From Nemertoderma westbladi (lineage: Eukaryota > Animalia > Xenacoelomorpha): a stretch of 64,000 bases of DNA. This document shows, piece after piece, positions 38,659-52,196 of this stretch. Where the stretch lies: NCBI GenBank assembly GCA_032718475.1, contig JAUCBJ010001372.1:2706-66705 (forward strand), written 5' to 3'. The first letter of the stretch is position 1. Every line of letters begins with the position of its first letter. Both the position numbers and the translations under genes were made by a program. Under the pieces are notes generated by a model. That model made no database searches. It was not told the DNA's origin and saw nothing but the letters and a program-made list of their open reading frames with translations.

Positions 38659-40313
38659 CCCTATTACCACTGGGGGGGGGGGGGGGGGGGGGGGGCGAAT
38701 CGGCCCCAGTTTTTAGTTGCTGTAACTATGCAACCACATTACTTACGTACCGGCCCAATTTATATTGAGAATTATCCAAATTTAATGCCGCATCTTTTGC
38801 AAAAAACGACGGTGCAATTGGATTTTTACTTTTCGATGTGGGTGCCACCATGACCTACTATAACTATAACTATAACTGTTATAGTAGGTCATGGTGCCAC
38901 CTCAAAATTTGGTCTCCAGCACCAAATTTTTTGAAATTTTCGAATTTTACAAAGTCATTCGTGATTTAGTAATTATTTATGTTTGGGCTATTTTTATTAA
39001 TTTTTATTGGTTTGGATTACTCTAATGCTTTTATACAAGTATGTAAGTGTAGTGGTACGTCATTTTTGGAGCACCAAAATTAGGGCGTGGCACTTTAAAA
39101 TTTCAAAATTACTTTATTCGGAAAATTTACTAAAGTTTTGATTTCGAAGCATTTTTATTGGTTTTCTGGCGCGCTGAATCGATTGAAAGTAATATAGAAG
39201 GCGAAGACTTAGTGGTTCGCCATTTTTGGTGCACCAAAATTAGGGCGTGGCACTTCAAATTTTCAAAATTACTTTATTCTGAAAAAACACTAAAGTTTTG
39301 ATTTCAAAAAATGGCTAACCTCTAAGTCTTCATTCAGGCTTCTATATTACTTTCAATCGATTCGGCGGTCTAGAAAACCTATATAAATGTGTTAAAATTT
39401 CAATTTTGGTTTATTTTCCGAATCTCGTATTTTTCAAAATTTGAAGTGCCATCCCCTAATTTTGGTGCACCAAAAATGGCGAACCACTAAGTCTTCAGGC
39501 TTCTATATTACTTTCAATCGATTCAGCGCTCCAGAAAACCTATAAAAATACTTTGCAAATCAACACTTTAGTATATTTTCCGAATCTCGAATTTTTCAAA
39601 ATTTGAAGGGCCACGCCCTAATTTTGGTGCACCAAAAATGGCGAACCACTACGTCTTCAGGCTTCTATATTACTTTCAATCGATTCGGCGGTCTAGAAAA
39701 CCTATATAAATGCGTTAAAATTTCAATTTTGGTTTATTTTCCGAATCTCGTATTTTTCAAAATTTGAAGTGCCACGCCCTAATTTTGGTGCACCAAATAT
39801 GGCGAACAACTAAGTCTTCAGGCTTCTATATTACTTTCAATCGATTCAGCGGCCCAGAAAACCTATAAAGATGCGTTGAAATAAAAAATTAGGGGCATTT
39901 TCTGAATATCTAATTTTTCAAAATTTGAAGTGCCACAACCACTTCTTAGGTGCACGAAAAATAGCATCCACTTCAATTTTTGAAAATGGAATATATTCAC
40001 ATTCGATTCAGCGTCTTGAAAAACCTACTAAATCTAGCCAACACTGCCACACTATTAGTTTTTCGAAAACGAAAAACTTTGTAATTTTGTCCTGGGACTA
40101 CTTTTATTTTTCATCACAATTATGAGTCCCTGCTTATGAAATTTTAACTTTTTAAGGTTTGGTAGTGTTCATCTATAGTTGTTTCACCAACAGCCCAAAT
40201 TTTGTAGGATTTCATTGGACGAATACAAAAATATAGTGGGCGGGCCGAATCGCCCCCCCCCCCCCCCCCCCCCCAGTGGTGCTAATGGTCAAAACACCCC
40301 AGTGGTAATAGGG
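38659..40313. mobile_element. Non-autonomous piggyBac-like element
   Basis: TTAA on both sides, 17-bp TIR CCCTATTACCACTGGGG, internal ~170-bp subrepeats in both orientations. Confidence 0.85.
38849..38893. mobile_element. 45-bp miniature TIR element (P-element-like ends)
   Basis: 16-bp TIR CATGACCTACTATAAC, 7-bp TSD GTGCCAC. Confidence 0.65.
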
Positions 40314-41221
40314 TTAACCAGTAATAAAGAAAGGCTTCAGTACCACTCGGAAACTACCAGGCCGGGTTAATAGGCTACTTTGTTGGTACATGGTGTAGGC
40401 ACTATTTTCATTACTGAATTAGATACACTAGTGCACACCAGCAGCAGTGGTGTATAACAGTATGGACTCTGTTATAAACCTATGCCATCATTGCCGAGAA
40501 GATGTTCAACTTTCTCTTAACTATTGTTGGTGTTCCAGGAATCCCCTAACACAAGTGGCACCAGTACTGGTACCACTACCAGTACCTCTAACAACAATGA
40601 CAGATCTTCCACTGTTTCCACTGTCGAACGATGAGAAGAATGCCATTCTTTACTTGCGAACGAATTAAACCGTGTATTCGCTCCTTATTCCACGCCTGGA
40701 AGAGCAATGGCTGGTGCCTCTGGAAGACAAGGATTGTTGGCCAATCGGATTTGCCAGTCGACACTGGTGAGACTGTGGTCGCAGTCCCCTGCTGGGCGAG
40801 GTCTGCCGCTAATCCAACACTTTAATCAATGACTTATCTTTATATGAGAGAATTGTGAGTCATTGCTACAAACTTCGGTTATAAAACACTGTATATTGGA
40901 GTACACTATACTCGATGATGAGAGTTCTTTTAAAGAAAAAATTAACTATCTTCTACATTCCCCACCACAATGTTCTCATGAATACAACTTCGTAAAGGTT
41001 CCGAATAAAATTATAACACCTATTTATGTGGGGGGAAATTTCCATTTTGATAGGAAAGGGCTTACATGCATTGTTGTATCCTGGAAATAGAGCCATTTAT
41101 GTCTAGGTCATTGGGTGTATCGGTTTAGGATTAGACATGCATGAAAGTGGCGTACCTTTAAGGTGAGATTGATGATCACGAAGAGTTAAGATCCACAGAT
41201 AGGATTGAAGACAGTGAAACA

Positions 41222-41460
41222 ATGTACAATATCCTGGTAGGCAATGGATGTATTGGTAGTATATGTAGTCCTCCACTCATCACTGAGCCGTGTACTCTTA
41301 TCGAGATATTAGGTGACATGGAAAATACAATCAATCTCGACAATAATGTAAATCTAATCAATGTGTGTCGAGATTATGTTTTGGATAGTGTGTTTCGAGC
41401 ATTCGAACGACTTTAACTCATTATTAACCCATTCAATTACAATTCATTTCAATTCGCCTG
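41222..41460 (+). pseudogene. Possible fragment of a G2E3-like HECT N-lobe
   Basis: NLINVCRDYVLDSVFRAFER..INPF resembles the start of HECT domains; truncated by a stop. Confidence 0.4.
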
Positions 41461-42654
41461 CGAGCAATCTTCACCCACTAAACAATGATTGTTTTGGTTA
41501 GAAAAAGCCGTCGCTGTAACCTGATCCTTTCCCTCAATTGGTAACTTTTTTTTTAGCTATGGGCATGTAGGATTGTATTTATAATCATTGATCGAGAGAG
41601 AGAGTAATTGACAGATAACAGTACCATTACTAAGAATATATTATTTAATGAATTAAGATTTTAGGCTTTACACTGATAAAATAGCTGACCGCGAGGCAGG
41701 AAAAAATCAGTTTACAGGGTTAATTATTTCAACAAATCAACAAATTTTTTTCTAAGAGTGTAGTTCTGTTTCATCTCCTCCTTTGCCAACTTCTTCATAA
41801 ACTTGACCTTCATACCCTCGGCTCTTCTTCCACGGCCCCGTAAACTAAAATGGTTTCTAACACAAATCTTATTGTAAACATAGCAGTGAACATAACTTCT
41901 TGTTATAACCTAAGTGCACCATTTTCCATACGTCATAGCCTAATCACACAATTATTTGATTTATAACATTTTTGTGGAGCACTTAATATTTGGTGTAATT
42001 TCGTTTCAATAGTGTTTTTGATTGATTCACAATCTATTGCCATAAGTCTAGTATCATGACTTGGTTGCTTGTAGACAGTTTTATTTTAATTCCTGAATTG
42101 TGTCCAATATGTTAAATTAGTTGATTGTTTGTTATGTATTCTGTGTGCATAACTTTTATCCGAACCAGCATATTTTTACTGTGTTTTTTTTAAAGCTTGT
42201 ATGTTATATTGACCCCTGTACTGGGTTTAATGTATGATCTAATTTTTAACTGAAATGTGCAAATAAATTCAAATGCCAGCCTGCCTGGTGTAACCTTTCA
42301 AAAAAATATATTGGGCGAAAAATGCCTTGCGGACGAAGGTTTCCCCCAGGTGAAGGTTGGACCAGGACGAAGATTGGACACAGGTGAAGATTGTAAGTGG
42401 GCGAAGGTTGCACCCAACCATCCTGTAATAGTACATACAGTATTTTGCTCAGATTAGAATCTGCTTATGATGTAGCTACTACTAGTACCTTTTGAGTGTG
42501 TTGTGTATTACCAATAAAAGGGATGTTTATCTGCAACTCTCCCCCGCATATTTAGGCCCACGAAGCAAGACCTCTAGTATTCACTCCGTTGTTGGTGTTA
42601 TGGTGTTGTTGTTGATAATTTCCAGTTGGGTTTTATTTTTTTAAGGCTTCATAT

Positions 42655-42935
42655 GGCGCAGTGGCGGAGTTAGTAAAGCGTGGACTTGGTATCTCTAGGC
42701 CTACATACCGAGTTCAATCCCACGTTCCGGTGAAGTCTTTTGATGTAAGATTGGTAGTAAGCTATTCAAGGAGACAGTTAATGCGTTAGTAGACTGGTAG
42801 ACGCGGACCTGCGCGATTTCGCACTTGTTTATGTTGTGCTTTGTATACAAATGATGGAACTGTTGGCGGACTCCCATGTAGACCCTACTGTAGTTTTGCT
42901 TTCTACCTACTGTATACAATTAAATCTATTATAAA
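42655..42935 (+). mobile_element. tRNA-derived SINE
   Basis: A-box-like TGGCGGAGTTAG (~42662) and B-box-like GAGTTCAATCC (~42710), followed by ~200 bp of body and an AT-rich tail. Confidence 0.65.
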
Positions 42936-43019
42936 ATTTATCCAAATTAACATTTGCGCCTGCCTACCCTGATATTGCCTCGCCTACCCAACTAAAAAAT
43001 CCTGGCTACGGGCCTGGAT

Positions 43020-45261
43020 TCCACCAAAGGTAACCATTGGTAGCATCTATAGTTGAGAAAAATTGTGCCTCTGGATTAAGGCTTGCAATGATATCTGCTG
43101 GGCATTTAAATGGGTGAACTGGTCTTTCAACATAGTCACTTGAGTTTGCTATAGTCTATGCATGCATATTCTGATGCCTCCCCTTGGTTTTTCAGTGACG
43201 ACCATTGGTGCAAGCCATGTTGGTGGAGGCTTCCCTAGGATGGGTTCTACTTTTTTAATAATTTGTAGCTGTACCGTTCTTGACAGTTCTGCTTTAGTTT
43301 CTGCTTCGAGGTGAACAGGAATTTTGCGTGAAGTGTAAATTTTAAATGGAACAGCGTTAGGTTTAAGATGAATTTCCATTTCTGGTACGTTAATAGGTTT
43401 AGACTTTGAGGTATCAAATACATCTGAATATTCAACTAGTAACTCGGCTCTAGTAGTATCAGTAGCGGAGATGGCATGAACTTGTGATACTACATATTCT
43501 GGTATTGGATATGATTCAGGAATTATTTTTAGTGATTTGAGTGTATACCATGGTAAAATGAAAGTTGAACCGACTTTGGTAACAATGGGTAATAAAGGAA
43601 CTGATATTCCATAATATTCCACATTGAGATTAATTATGCCACATGTTTGAATAACCTGCTTATTCGCTGCATAGGAGAATGTGAAGTGTATATATTTTTG
43701 ATCATGCCATGTGCTAACAAAATATCGTATGGGATAACAGGTGCATCCGCACCTGTATCTGGTAATGCATCAGTTATAAATTCTGGGCTTTTCGGATGAT
43801 AGTTTGGAATGTTGGCTCGTTTGAGAAACAATGGGACATGTACAACATGTGGTAATGTATTGATGTCTTGCGTTTTGTCATAATCTCCTGAGACATAATT
43901 TAGGTAGTGGTGAGCACCTAGAGTGGAATACATTTGAGACTGGTGTTCTTCTGATTGATTATTCTCGGGTGACTGATCATTGCTGCATACTGTGCCTGGT
44001 AGACTGCATACTTTATTATAATTCGCAGCTTGAGGGAAGGCCTTACATACTGCTGGAAAGTGGCCTATTTTATAACACTTTGTGCATTGTTTCCTGACTG
44101 CAGGGCATTTTGATTGGTCATTTCGATGAGATGTAGATCCAAAGCAGCAGACACAAGGTCTGGATACCATAGTTGGTGGCGCTCTATATACAGATTGCTG
44201 AGGGGGGCGATATATTGGATTCCTCCTTTTGTTAGGATAACTTTTTTCAGTCTTAGTTGGTAGAGCCTGAATTGCTTGTATACCTTGATCATGTTCAGTA
44301 TTTGATGGAAATACTAAATGTGATTGTAGTGTATGTAAAGCTTGTGCAACCTCGGGATTATTTAAAGGTATTTTTGCTGTATATGAGATATTCCTGCAAG
44401 GGCAGTAATTTCAATATCGCCCTTTACAAAAGCAATACAAATATTCTTGACAATATTTACAGTAACTTTAGGTTTATCTAGTGCAAACAACTTACGTTGA
44501 AGTTCTTGGTTGTTAATACCGCACATAATTCGAGTTACTAAGTGATGATCGGTGGCACATTTACACCCAGTCACAGGTTCTGTGAGTTCCTGTAGAGATT
44601 GGAGTCTTTCAAAGAAAGCTTCAATGACTCACTGGGTAATTGGGTTGATCGATCAAAATCGCAGCGATGTCGAGCCAAACTAACCTTATTTGTGAAATAG
44701 ATTTCCACTGTATGAAGTATTTCACTAACTACAATTGTAGTATTTTCTGGGATCTCCATAGTGTATTTCATTTTTGTTATCATATCTTCACTAATACAAG
44801 CACGCAGGCAGATATCCCAATTGCTCTGTTTGAGGCATACTGGACATGCTATTAATGTTATAATAGTCATTAAACTTAGATCGCCACGTTTTATATGCTG
44901 TCATTGAGATTGATGGAATGAGTTGATTTTGTTGGCTACTGCGGTCTATACGTCTTGGTTGATTTGGAGTTTTTGCGGTAGCTAAAGGCTGATTTAAATT
45001 GCATTTGCACTGAATTATATTAAGTGATGCTTTGACTTAAAACATATGGTTCTTTAGTTCTTCGATTCGAATAGTATCTCTATCATTCTCATCTGTTGGT
45101 TGAATGCCCAGAACTTCGATATGTGCGTTGCTATAGCGTACTACTGCTGCATTATAAGCATCAGCCTTTGCCCGCAATGAGTCTATGTCGTCGTTGGTCG
45201 TATTGTCAATGCTGACCTGGAAAATTGGTTCCTGGATCATTGGTTCCCCCAAGCTTGACAC
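43020..45261 (-). pseudogene. Degenerate Gypsy gag-protease-RT(N-terminal) fragment
   Basis: CPA..KQCTKCYKIGHFPAVC knuckle, LPDTGA protease, IHLKPNAVP, WLAPMVVTEKPRGGIRIC, FSTIDATNGY; several stops and frameshifts; no LTRs found. Confidence 0.85.
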
Positions 45262-45479
45262 TAGAACAAAATCGCCTCTGCTTTGCAGGACATTGCTTTA
45301 GCCGTGAGGACCAGCCAGTATCAGCCAGTAATAAAAATATATTGTCTTCCTAGTAGTGAAAACCGTTTTCAATAATATTGGGTACTTTTCGAGTTATAGC
45401 GCCATTTTTTAACCCTACTTTTGGCACTTTTTTGAGACGTTTTTTGAAAATGACATTTCATTAAATATGAATTGAAACA

Positions 45480-46794
45480 TCTTTATTTTTGATTTACACC
45501 GGTTTTTTGGTGTTAGAAATTGGATGGAATTCATATAAATTTGATTTGGAAATTTCAAACTCGGTGGGTGCCAAATTTTGGTGCCAGCACCAAATTTTGA
45601 AATAAGTCAATTTTGTAAATTGATTGTTTGAAACTTGTTTTTTACGCAATTGGGGTTTTTTTGGGTTCTGGATTCGATGAAATATATACGATACGAGTTG
45701 CACCAAGCGTATCAAACTTGTATTTTTCGGTGCTGTGTGCAAATTTTGGTGCTAGCACGAAATTTTGAAAATCCATTCAATAGATAAAATTGCTTGTGAC
45801 AATTTATTTCTTGCGTTTTAGAGGTTTATGGCTGTTCTGAATTCAATGGAAAATATAATTATCGAACTAGACATCTCAAACTTGTATTTTTCGGATGTGG
45901 GTGCAAAATGTGGTGCTAGCACCAAATTTTGAAAACCATCAAATATATCAATTGATTGTGTCACCTTGTTTCTTGCGTTATACGGGTTTGTCATGGTTCT
46001 GAATTCAATGGAATCAGTAAAAATTCCATAAGAGTTCTCAAACTTGTATTTTTCGCCAGTGGGTGAAAATTGTTGTGCCAGCACCAAATTTTGGAAAATA
46101 TGCAAATTGAGAAGTACGGTAGATAGTATCACCTTGTTTCTTGCGTTATACGGGTTTATGAGGGTCCTGAATCCGATGGAATTAATAAAAACAGCACTGG
46201 ACATCGCAAACTTGTACTTTTTGGTGATGGGTACGAAATTTGGTGCTAGCACCAAAATTTGCCAAATTACGCCGAAAAATACAAGTAGCAATGATCTGGC
46301 ATATTAGAAATGTATTCCATTAGAATCAGCGCCCTCGAAAACCTGAAAATGTGAATTTATAGCATCGTATAAGTGAATTAAAAATTTTGTGTTCGAACTG
46401 AAATGTGCTGGTTACTTGTTTTTTTCATTTTTTTCGTAGGCAGAGAGGACTAAACAGCCATTTATAGTAATCATATCATTTTTAAATATTTTCCAATGTA
46501 TTTTGCACCCCAGAAAACCTGTATTGAAAATGTATTTATTTAATTATTAATTATTTAATTAGCCGAAAATGTAACTTTCAAATTTTGTGAAAATTGTGCA
46601 CTACTTGTAATTTTGGTGCTGCAATATAACCACCACAGTACATTTTTTCGGAAATTTTTTTTCGGTCGGATCCAGACAAGTGATACCTACGTACAAACAA
46701 AAAATCAGACGTTTTCGCAAATATTTGTAGATTTTAGAGGGGGGGGGGGACCCCCCCCACCCGGTATTTGTACATTTTATAGGTACTAATAGGG
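45480..46794. mobile_element. Non-autonomous piggyBac-like element truncating the recombinase gene
   Basis: Right end ...TAATAGGG|TTAA (46795-46798) like the 38659-40313 end; body homologous to 21880-23060; left end uncertain (weak candidate at 45413). Confidence 0.6.
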
Positions 46795-47379
46795 TTAAAG
46801 AAGGACATGTGGCGTCATAGATATAAAGGCAATGCATCTGATCGCCCTAAAGAAAAGAAAGTAATGTTTGCGAGTGAATGTTTGAAGCCATGGAATTCGT
46901 GAATTAGCAAAGAAAGTTAATGACATGCTTGCTGAAATGAAAAGCGACCCTGTGTCATTAGTTGTCTGTTGTGACATTGTAATGTTAGCTGAAAGAGAGT
47001 GTCAAAAAATTGGGGAAGACCTCAACCAAAGAAAGTATATCAGAGACAAACTGCGGGAATTGGGGCATTTAGTGTTAGAGCTTCGTAAGGTATGTAACTT
47101 ACCAAAATCAACTTACCTGTCAACGTTTTTAGTGCCATTCCACTTTAATGATGTGGTCAATGCTGTCCATGCAGTGTGTGGGTATTCTGTAGAAGCAAAT
47201 ACCTAAAAGATACCATCACTCGCTCTGAAACGTGGGTATTCGCTTAAGAAGTGTGCAACTATTCTAAGATCCGAAGGTCTCACAATTTGTGATCAAAAAC
47301 TTGTTGATAGTTCTGCAAACTTTCTAGAACTATGTAATATTAATTGGAGTTCCTTTGTTTCAATTCCAGCGCACAGAAC

Positions 47380-47747
47380 TACTACTAGGATCGGCATGCT
47401 GCATTGCAGCTGCATTTTTAAGAATGCTGTGCCGGCTTATCGACAAAATTGCACCGCCACAACTCCCTATCACCCATGACATTTGCTAGATCATCCGCAT
47501 CTTCAAGGCCAGTGTCCTTTAAGATGCGTCTCAAGAAAGTCATGGGCTGTCCACCATGCTTATTCACTCCATGAGGCTGCCAAAGTACAAGATTATGCAC
47601 TGGCTGGTCCTCACGGCGAAAGCAATGTCCTGCAAAGCGGAGGCGATTTTGTTCTAGTGTCAAGCTTGGGGGAACCAATGAGACACCTCCAATGTTATAT
47701 AGTGTCTGGTTGGAGATGTGTGCATTGTACTTGACACAATGAACCCG
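47380..47747 (-). mobile_element. 5'-truncated RTE-like LINE inserted in the recombinase gene
   Basis: 11-bp TSD GCGCACAGAAC (47369-47379, 47748-47758), short (TAG)n tail, RLRFAGHCFR...LWQP...DRELWR. Confidence 0.9.
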
Positions 47748-48791
47748 GCGCACAGAACACTTGGTGAAAACAAACGCAACAAGCCCATTGTCTTACCAAC
47801 ATCGGAAGATGTGATTAAAATGACCAAGTACTTAAAGGAAAATGCAGATAAGTATTCAAACAAACTATGTAGCAGTGGTGTGAATCAGCTTTCTGCTTTT
47901 GAGAATCTGTCACAAATTACACGATGTCAAATTATACTGTTTAATCGGAGACGGCAAGGGGAAGTATCTAAAATGAAAGTGACTGATTTTGAGAAAAGGA
48001 GCAAAGCTTCCGATAATGCTGATTTCTATCCTGTTTCAGAAATGGAAAAACAGCTTTGCAAAATGTTTACACTGGCTGAAATAGTTGGCAAAAGGGGGAG
48101 ACCAGTGCCTGTTTTATTGACCAATGCAGTTCAGAGTAATATTAATCTCTTACTTTCGAAAAGGAAAGAGGTAGGAGTAGATGCTGGAAATACATTCTTA
48201 GTTCCGAATCCGATACGGAATCCGAAAGGATCCGATACTATTCGCCGACATGCCGGTTCTGCAGAACTAAATCATCCCGAGAATATGCGTTCTACTAAAT
48301 TGCGTAAGCATATTGCAACAAATGCACAAATGATAGCAATGAATGAGCAGGAGTTAGATATGCTAGTTGGGTTTTTGGGTCATGATCTATCTGTACATCG
48401 GAAGTATTATCGACTACCTGATACTTAATTACCTATAATGAAATTGTCAAAATTGTTTCTTGCCATGGAAAAAGGTCAAGCTAGAGCAGCAGAAATAGCT
48501 TCAGCACAAGATGAGAATACCATTGATTCCTTAATCAACCTTCCAGAACCTGGTAAGTTGATTTATTAATATTTTACAATCCGGTTTGTAGCCACAATAG
48601 GGAATGTGGATATTTTTAATGTTCTCGAACATTTTCCCAATAACAAAAATACCGTATTTCTAATATTTCAAAAAATTATAGCTAAAAAAAAACTACTAAT
48701 GATATATATATCCGATATAAATATCTACTAACTTTTTAGAGCATTCACCCATATAAAAAAAAGCACTCAAAAACGCTAAAAAGTTTCTACT

Positions 48792-49063
48792 GGACAATTC
48801 GGTCCCGGATATTTCAGCCCCAGACAATTCGGTCCCAGACAATTCGGTCCCGGACTATTCGGTTGCGGACATTTCAGTCCCGGACATTTTGGTCCCGGAC
48901 AATTCGGTCCCGGATAATTCAGTCCCGGACATTTCAGAGCTGGACATTTCAGAGCCGGACACTTCTGTCCTGGAGAATTCGGTCCTACGTCAATTCGGTC
49001 CCATTTATTTTGTGTTTTGGGGCCGAATTGTCCGGGATCGAATTGTACGGGACCGAATTGTCC
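48792..49063. repeat. Foldback-type MITE made of 20-bp units (GGACAATTCGGTCCC...) inside an intron
   Basis: Tandem units on the left, inverted GGGACCGAATTGTCC units on the right. Confidence 0.8.
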
Positions 49064-50201
49064 TTCATCTGAATTCCAAAACCCATGCGGATGCAGAAAT
49101 TCGCCAAATCCCAAGACAGTACCATTATATTTTATTATTTAATAAATCCTCACCACTCCTCAATAATTTATTTACCATTTTTAAAGATGGTGATTCTGAG
49201 GTTGAGAATGTTGAAAATAGCTCTGAATCTGAATCCGACATCGAGAATGACTACCAAGTAAAGCGAAAGAAGACGCCATTGAGCAGCATTTCTAAAAATA
49301 ACACGGCCAAAAATATTGTTAGAGAGTGGACAGGTAAGCTGTATTTAATTTAGGCCTATTATCTACTCAATGGCAGACAGGTCCATTGATATTGATACCA
49401 ATTGATATGTCAATTGATATTTTCTCAATTTATATTTCTGTTGATATTGATTAGACGAAAATTAAATATGTCGATCTAGCTAATCCTGGAAATGTATTCT
49501 GTAGTAAATATTTATATGTATAATAAAGATTTATAAACAAAACATTTATTTCCGAATTGCCAGCAGAGAAATTAATTTTACTTATTTTATATACTTATTA
49601 AACTGAATAAACTATAATATTCTATAGAATTTGAGCAGCTAATTAAATTGTTCATTTTTTTTATACGCTTTCCCTGAAAACGGAACATTCATATGTCAAA
49701 TATTGCTAAGGCATACTTTTATTTTAAGAAAATATTTAGTTGTCAAAGGGTAATGGTAAAGCTTCGAATAGGCCTACCTACTACTGGTGGAAAAAGTCGT
49801 TGCTATAAAAACCGCAAACCTTGGAGCGCCAACGAGAAATTCGCAAAACGTTTAGCTGTTCGACGATTTCCGCTGGCTTCACGTCTCCCAGGGAAAAAGG
49901 AAATCGATGAATACAAATTTAAATATCGTCACCTGGCAGATCGGCCTTGGGGGCAAATTAAAGATTACATTCGAAATAATAAAAAATAATTATTAGATTA
50001 TGATTATGGTGTTGTTATGGATGTTATGATTATTGTGATTATGGTGATTATATTATGGTGAAATAGTTGAAAAAAGTTATTTTATTTCCCTTGCTATCAT
50101 TGATTGTATGACATGCATCCAATCATTTTATTCATTTTTGAAGGGTAATTTTTTTCAATTAATTAAAATTGAAAATTTTACAGTTTTGCAGGCTATTTTT
50201 A

Positions 50202-51136
50202 CAGCCCTCCCAGCCAAAAAAATCGAGAAAAAAAAAGGAAAAAATTATTTTATATTTAAAAAAAAAAAGGAAAAAAAAGGATAGGAATCAGTTAAAAAAA
50301 AGTGAAAAACTGAATAGATATTATCTTTACAAAAGTAACAATAAACATTTAATGTCTTTAGTGCTGTTTCTTGATTCTATCTCATTAACCTTACTGTATA
50401 TACTATGAAGAATCCCATTAAGAAACGTCACTTATAAATGACAGGAAGATATCAAAGAGAGTTAAAAAATATAAACACGCAGGAAAGAGAACAATGGCAA
50501 TGGCAATATAATTAAAATTAATATTAATTATAGTTAATATTATTAATATTATTCATATAATTATACAGATATTTTCACCTTTTTTACCTAGTTATCAGAG
50601 ATGATTGAGCTCGGCCGATTGATGGTCATTGATGGAGGTATATCAAACGCTTGTAAAAATAACTTTAGTTTGAAAGTGATATAAAACCTTTGGAATGGAT
50701 TTCCGGTCGTGGCTACATTTATATAAATAACAAAAATGCTTTAAGACGCAATCAAAATACAACCTTATCCAGGTGGAAATGGACGCAAATAACAGCTGAT
50801 TACGAGCAAAAATGAAACTGTAACAGTGTAATATGCTTTCTTTTATTGTTTTGGTTAGAATAGACTACCACTGCAACCTGTTCCTTTCCCTAAATTGAAA
50901 GTCATCTTTGTTGATTCACCAAGGTGGGTTTTGCGTGAATTAAGAATTGCGAGAACTTTAATACATATTTTCTGAGACAGAGACAACCTCAGTCTCAGAA
51001 ATATAGAACATGTTACACTTACAGCAGGCTATTTTCTGAACTAAAAGAAGGAAAAAAAGGTGTGTAAATGGACAAAAAAAGGAAAAGAGGAAATATTCTA
51101 AAGAAAGAAAAAAAAAAGGAAACTCTGGGAGGCCTG
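50202..51136. mobile_element. Possible hAT-like non-autonomous element
   Basis: Ends CAGCCCTCCCAG / CTGGGAGGCCTG, A-rich subterminal tracts, imperfect 8-bp TSD (TATTTTTA / AATTTTAA). Confidence 0.45.
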
Positions 51137-51524
51137 AATTTTAACCAAAACAATAAACAAGTGTCAATTGCACAGGTTACAGTTTAATTATTTCCATCGT
51201 AATCATCTGTTATTAGCGTCGATTTTCATTTGGAGAGGGATGAATTTTGATTGCATTAACAACAACCCCCCCCCCCCCATATTTTTTATGTATGATATTA
51301 ACATATCAGTGCAATCCGGGGTGATTCGCAATCCGGGGTGATTTGAATTTTCGCGCAAACTTTCCATAGCCACCGGGGAGATACTAACACACCGGCGACA
51401 CACACAATTCATACACTTCTTCCTTCTAACAGGTAAACTGAGGATATTTCACAGTTTTACAATTGGGGAGATTTTTAGGATATCCTGATACCGAAAAACG
51501 CTAATTTAATTAATTTCAAATACA

Positions 51525-51955
51525 TACGGTGGCTGGTTTAGGCCAATTTACTTTCATATTTTTTAATGGCAAAAAAGTTTCAAACTAAAGTAGGAAATAA
51601 AAAAAGTTTCAAACTAAAGTAGGAAATAAAAAAGTTTCAAACTAAAGTAGGAAATAAAAAAAGTTTCAAACTAAAGTAGGAAATAAAAAAAGTTTCAAAC
51701 TAAAGTAGGACATAAAAAAGTTACAAACTAAAGTAGGAACCTAAAAAAAGTTTCATCAAACTAAAGTAGAAAATAAAAAAAGTTTCAAACTAAAGTAGGA
51801 AATAAAAAAAGTTTCAAACTAAAGTAGGACATAAAAAAGTTACAAACTAAAGTAGGAACCTAAAAAAAGTTTCAAACTAAAGTAGGAAATAAAAAAGTTT
51901 CAAACTAAAGTAGGAAAAAAAAGTTTCAAACTAAAGTGTCTGCATGTTGCTGCAT
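51525..51955 (+). repeat. Left TIR with ~29-bp subterminal tandem repeats (AAAAAAGTTTCAAACTAAAGTAGGAAAT)
   Basis: Reverse complement of 63250-63482 with more repeat units. Confidence 0.93.
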
Positions 51956-52196
51956 TTCATATCAAATTTCAACATTAATACCGGTACTTCATTCAGCAGA
52001 CTGTCCCCTCGCAGGTTCTTTCTAACCAATATTATTAGTCCGGTCTTCTACAGTGTATCATAGGTACAAGGCGTCCTTGACCAGGTACCATCAATGCGTT
52101 GCTGTTTCCTATTAGCATTAACTTAGCTTTGTAGCATAAATAAACATTGTAATTGTTGTTGTATTGACTGTTGGTCTTGTATCGCTATTACTACCA

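Larger units (their letters stand above)
46799..49989 (+). pseudogene. Crypton-type tyrosine recombinase gene with introns, disrupted
   Basis: YIRDKLRELG, PSLALK.GYSLKK, LFNRRRQGEV, GKRGRPVPVLL, RSTKLRKHIAT, FLGHD.SVHRKYYRLP (R-K-K/H-R-H-Y set); stops at 47204 and 48426; LINE insertion; phase-compatible intron 48553-49186, donor at 49334; last exon RKPWS...LPGK...RPWGQIKDYIRN. Confidence 0.82.

Noticed and set aside
42655-42735. Functional tRNA gene
   Set aside because: A/B boxes present but no convincing cloverleaf or Pol III terminator; continues into a SINE-like body.
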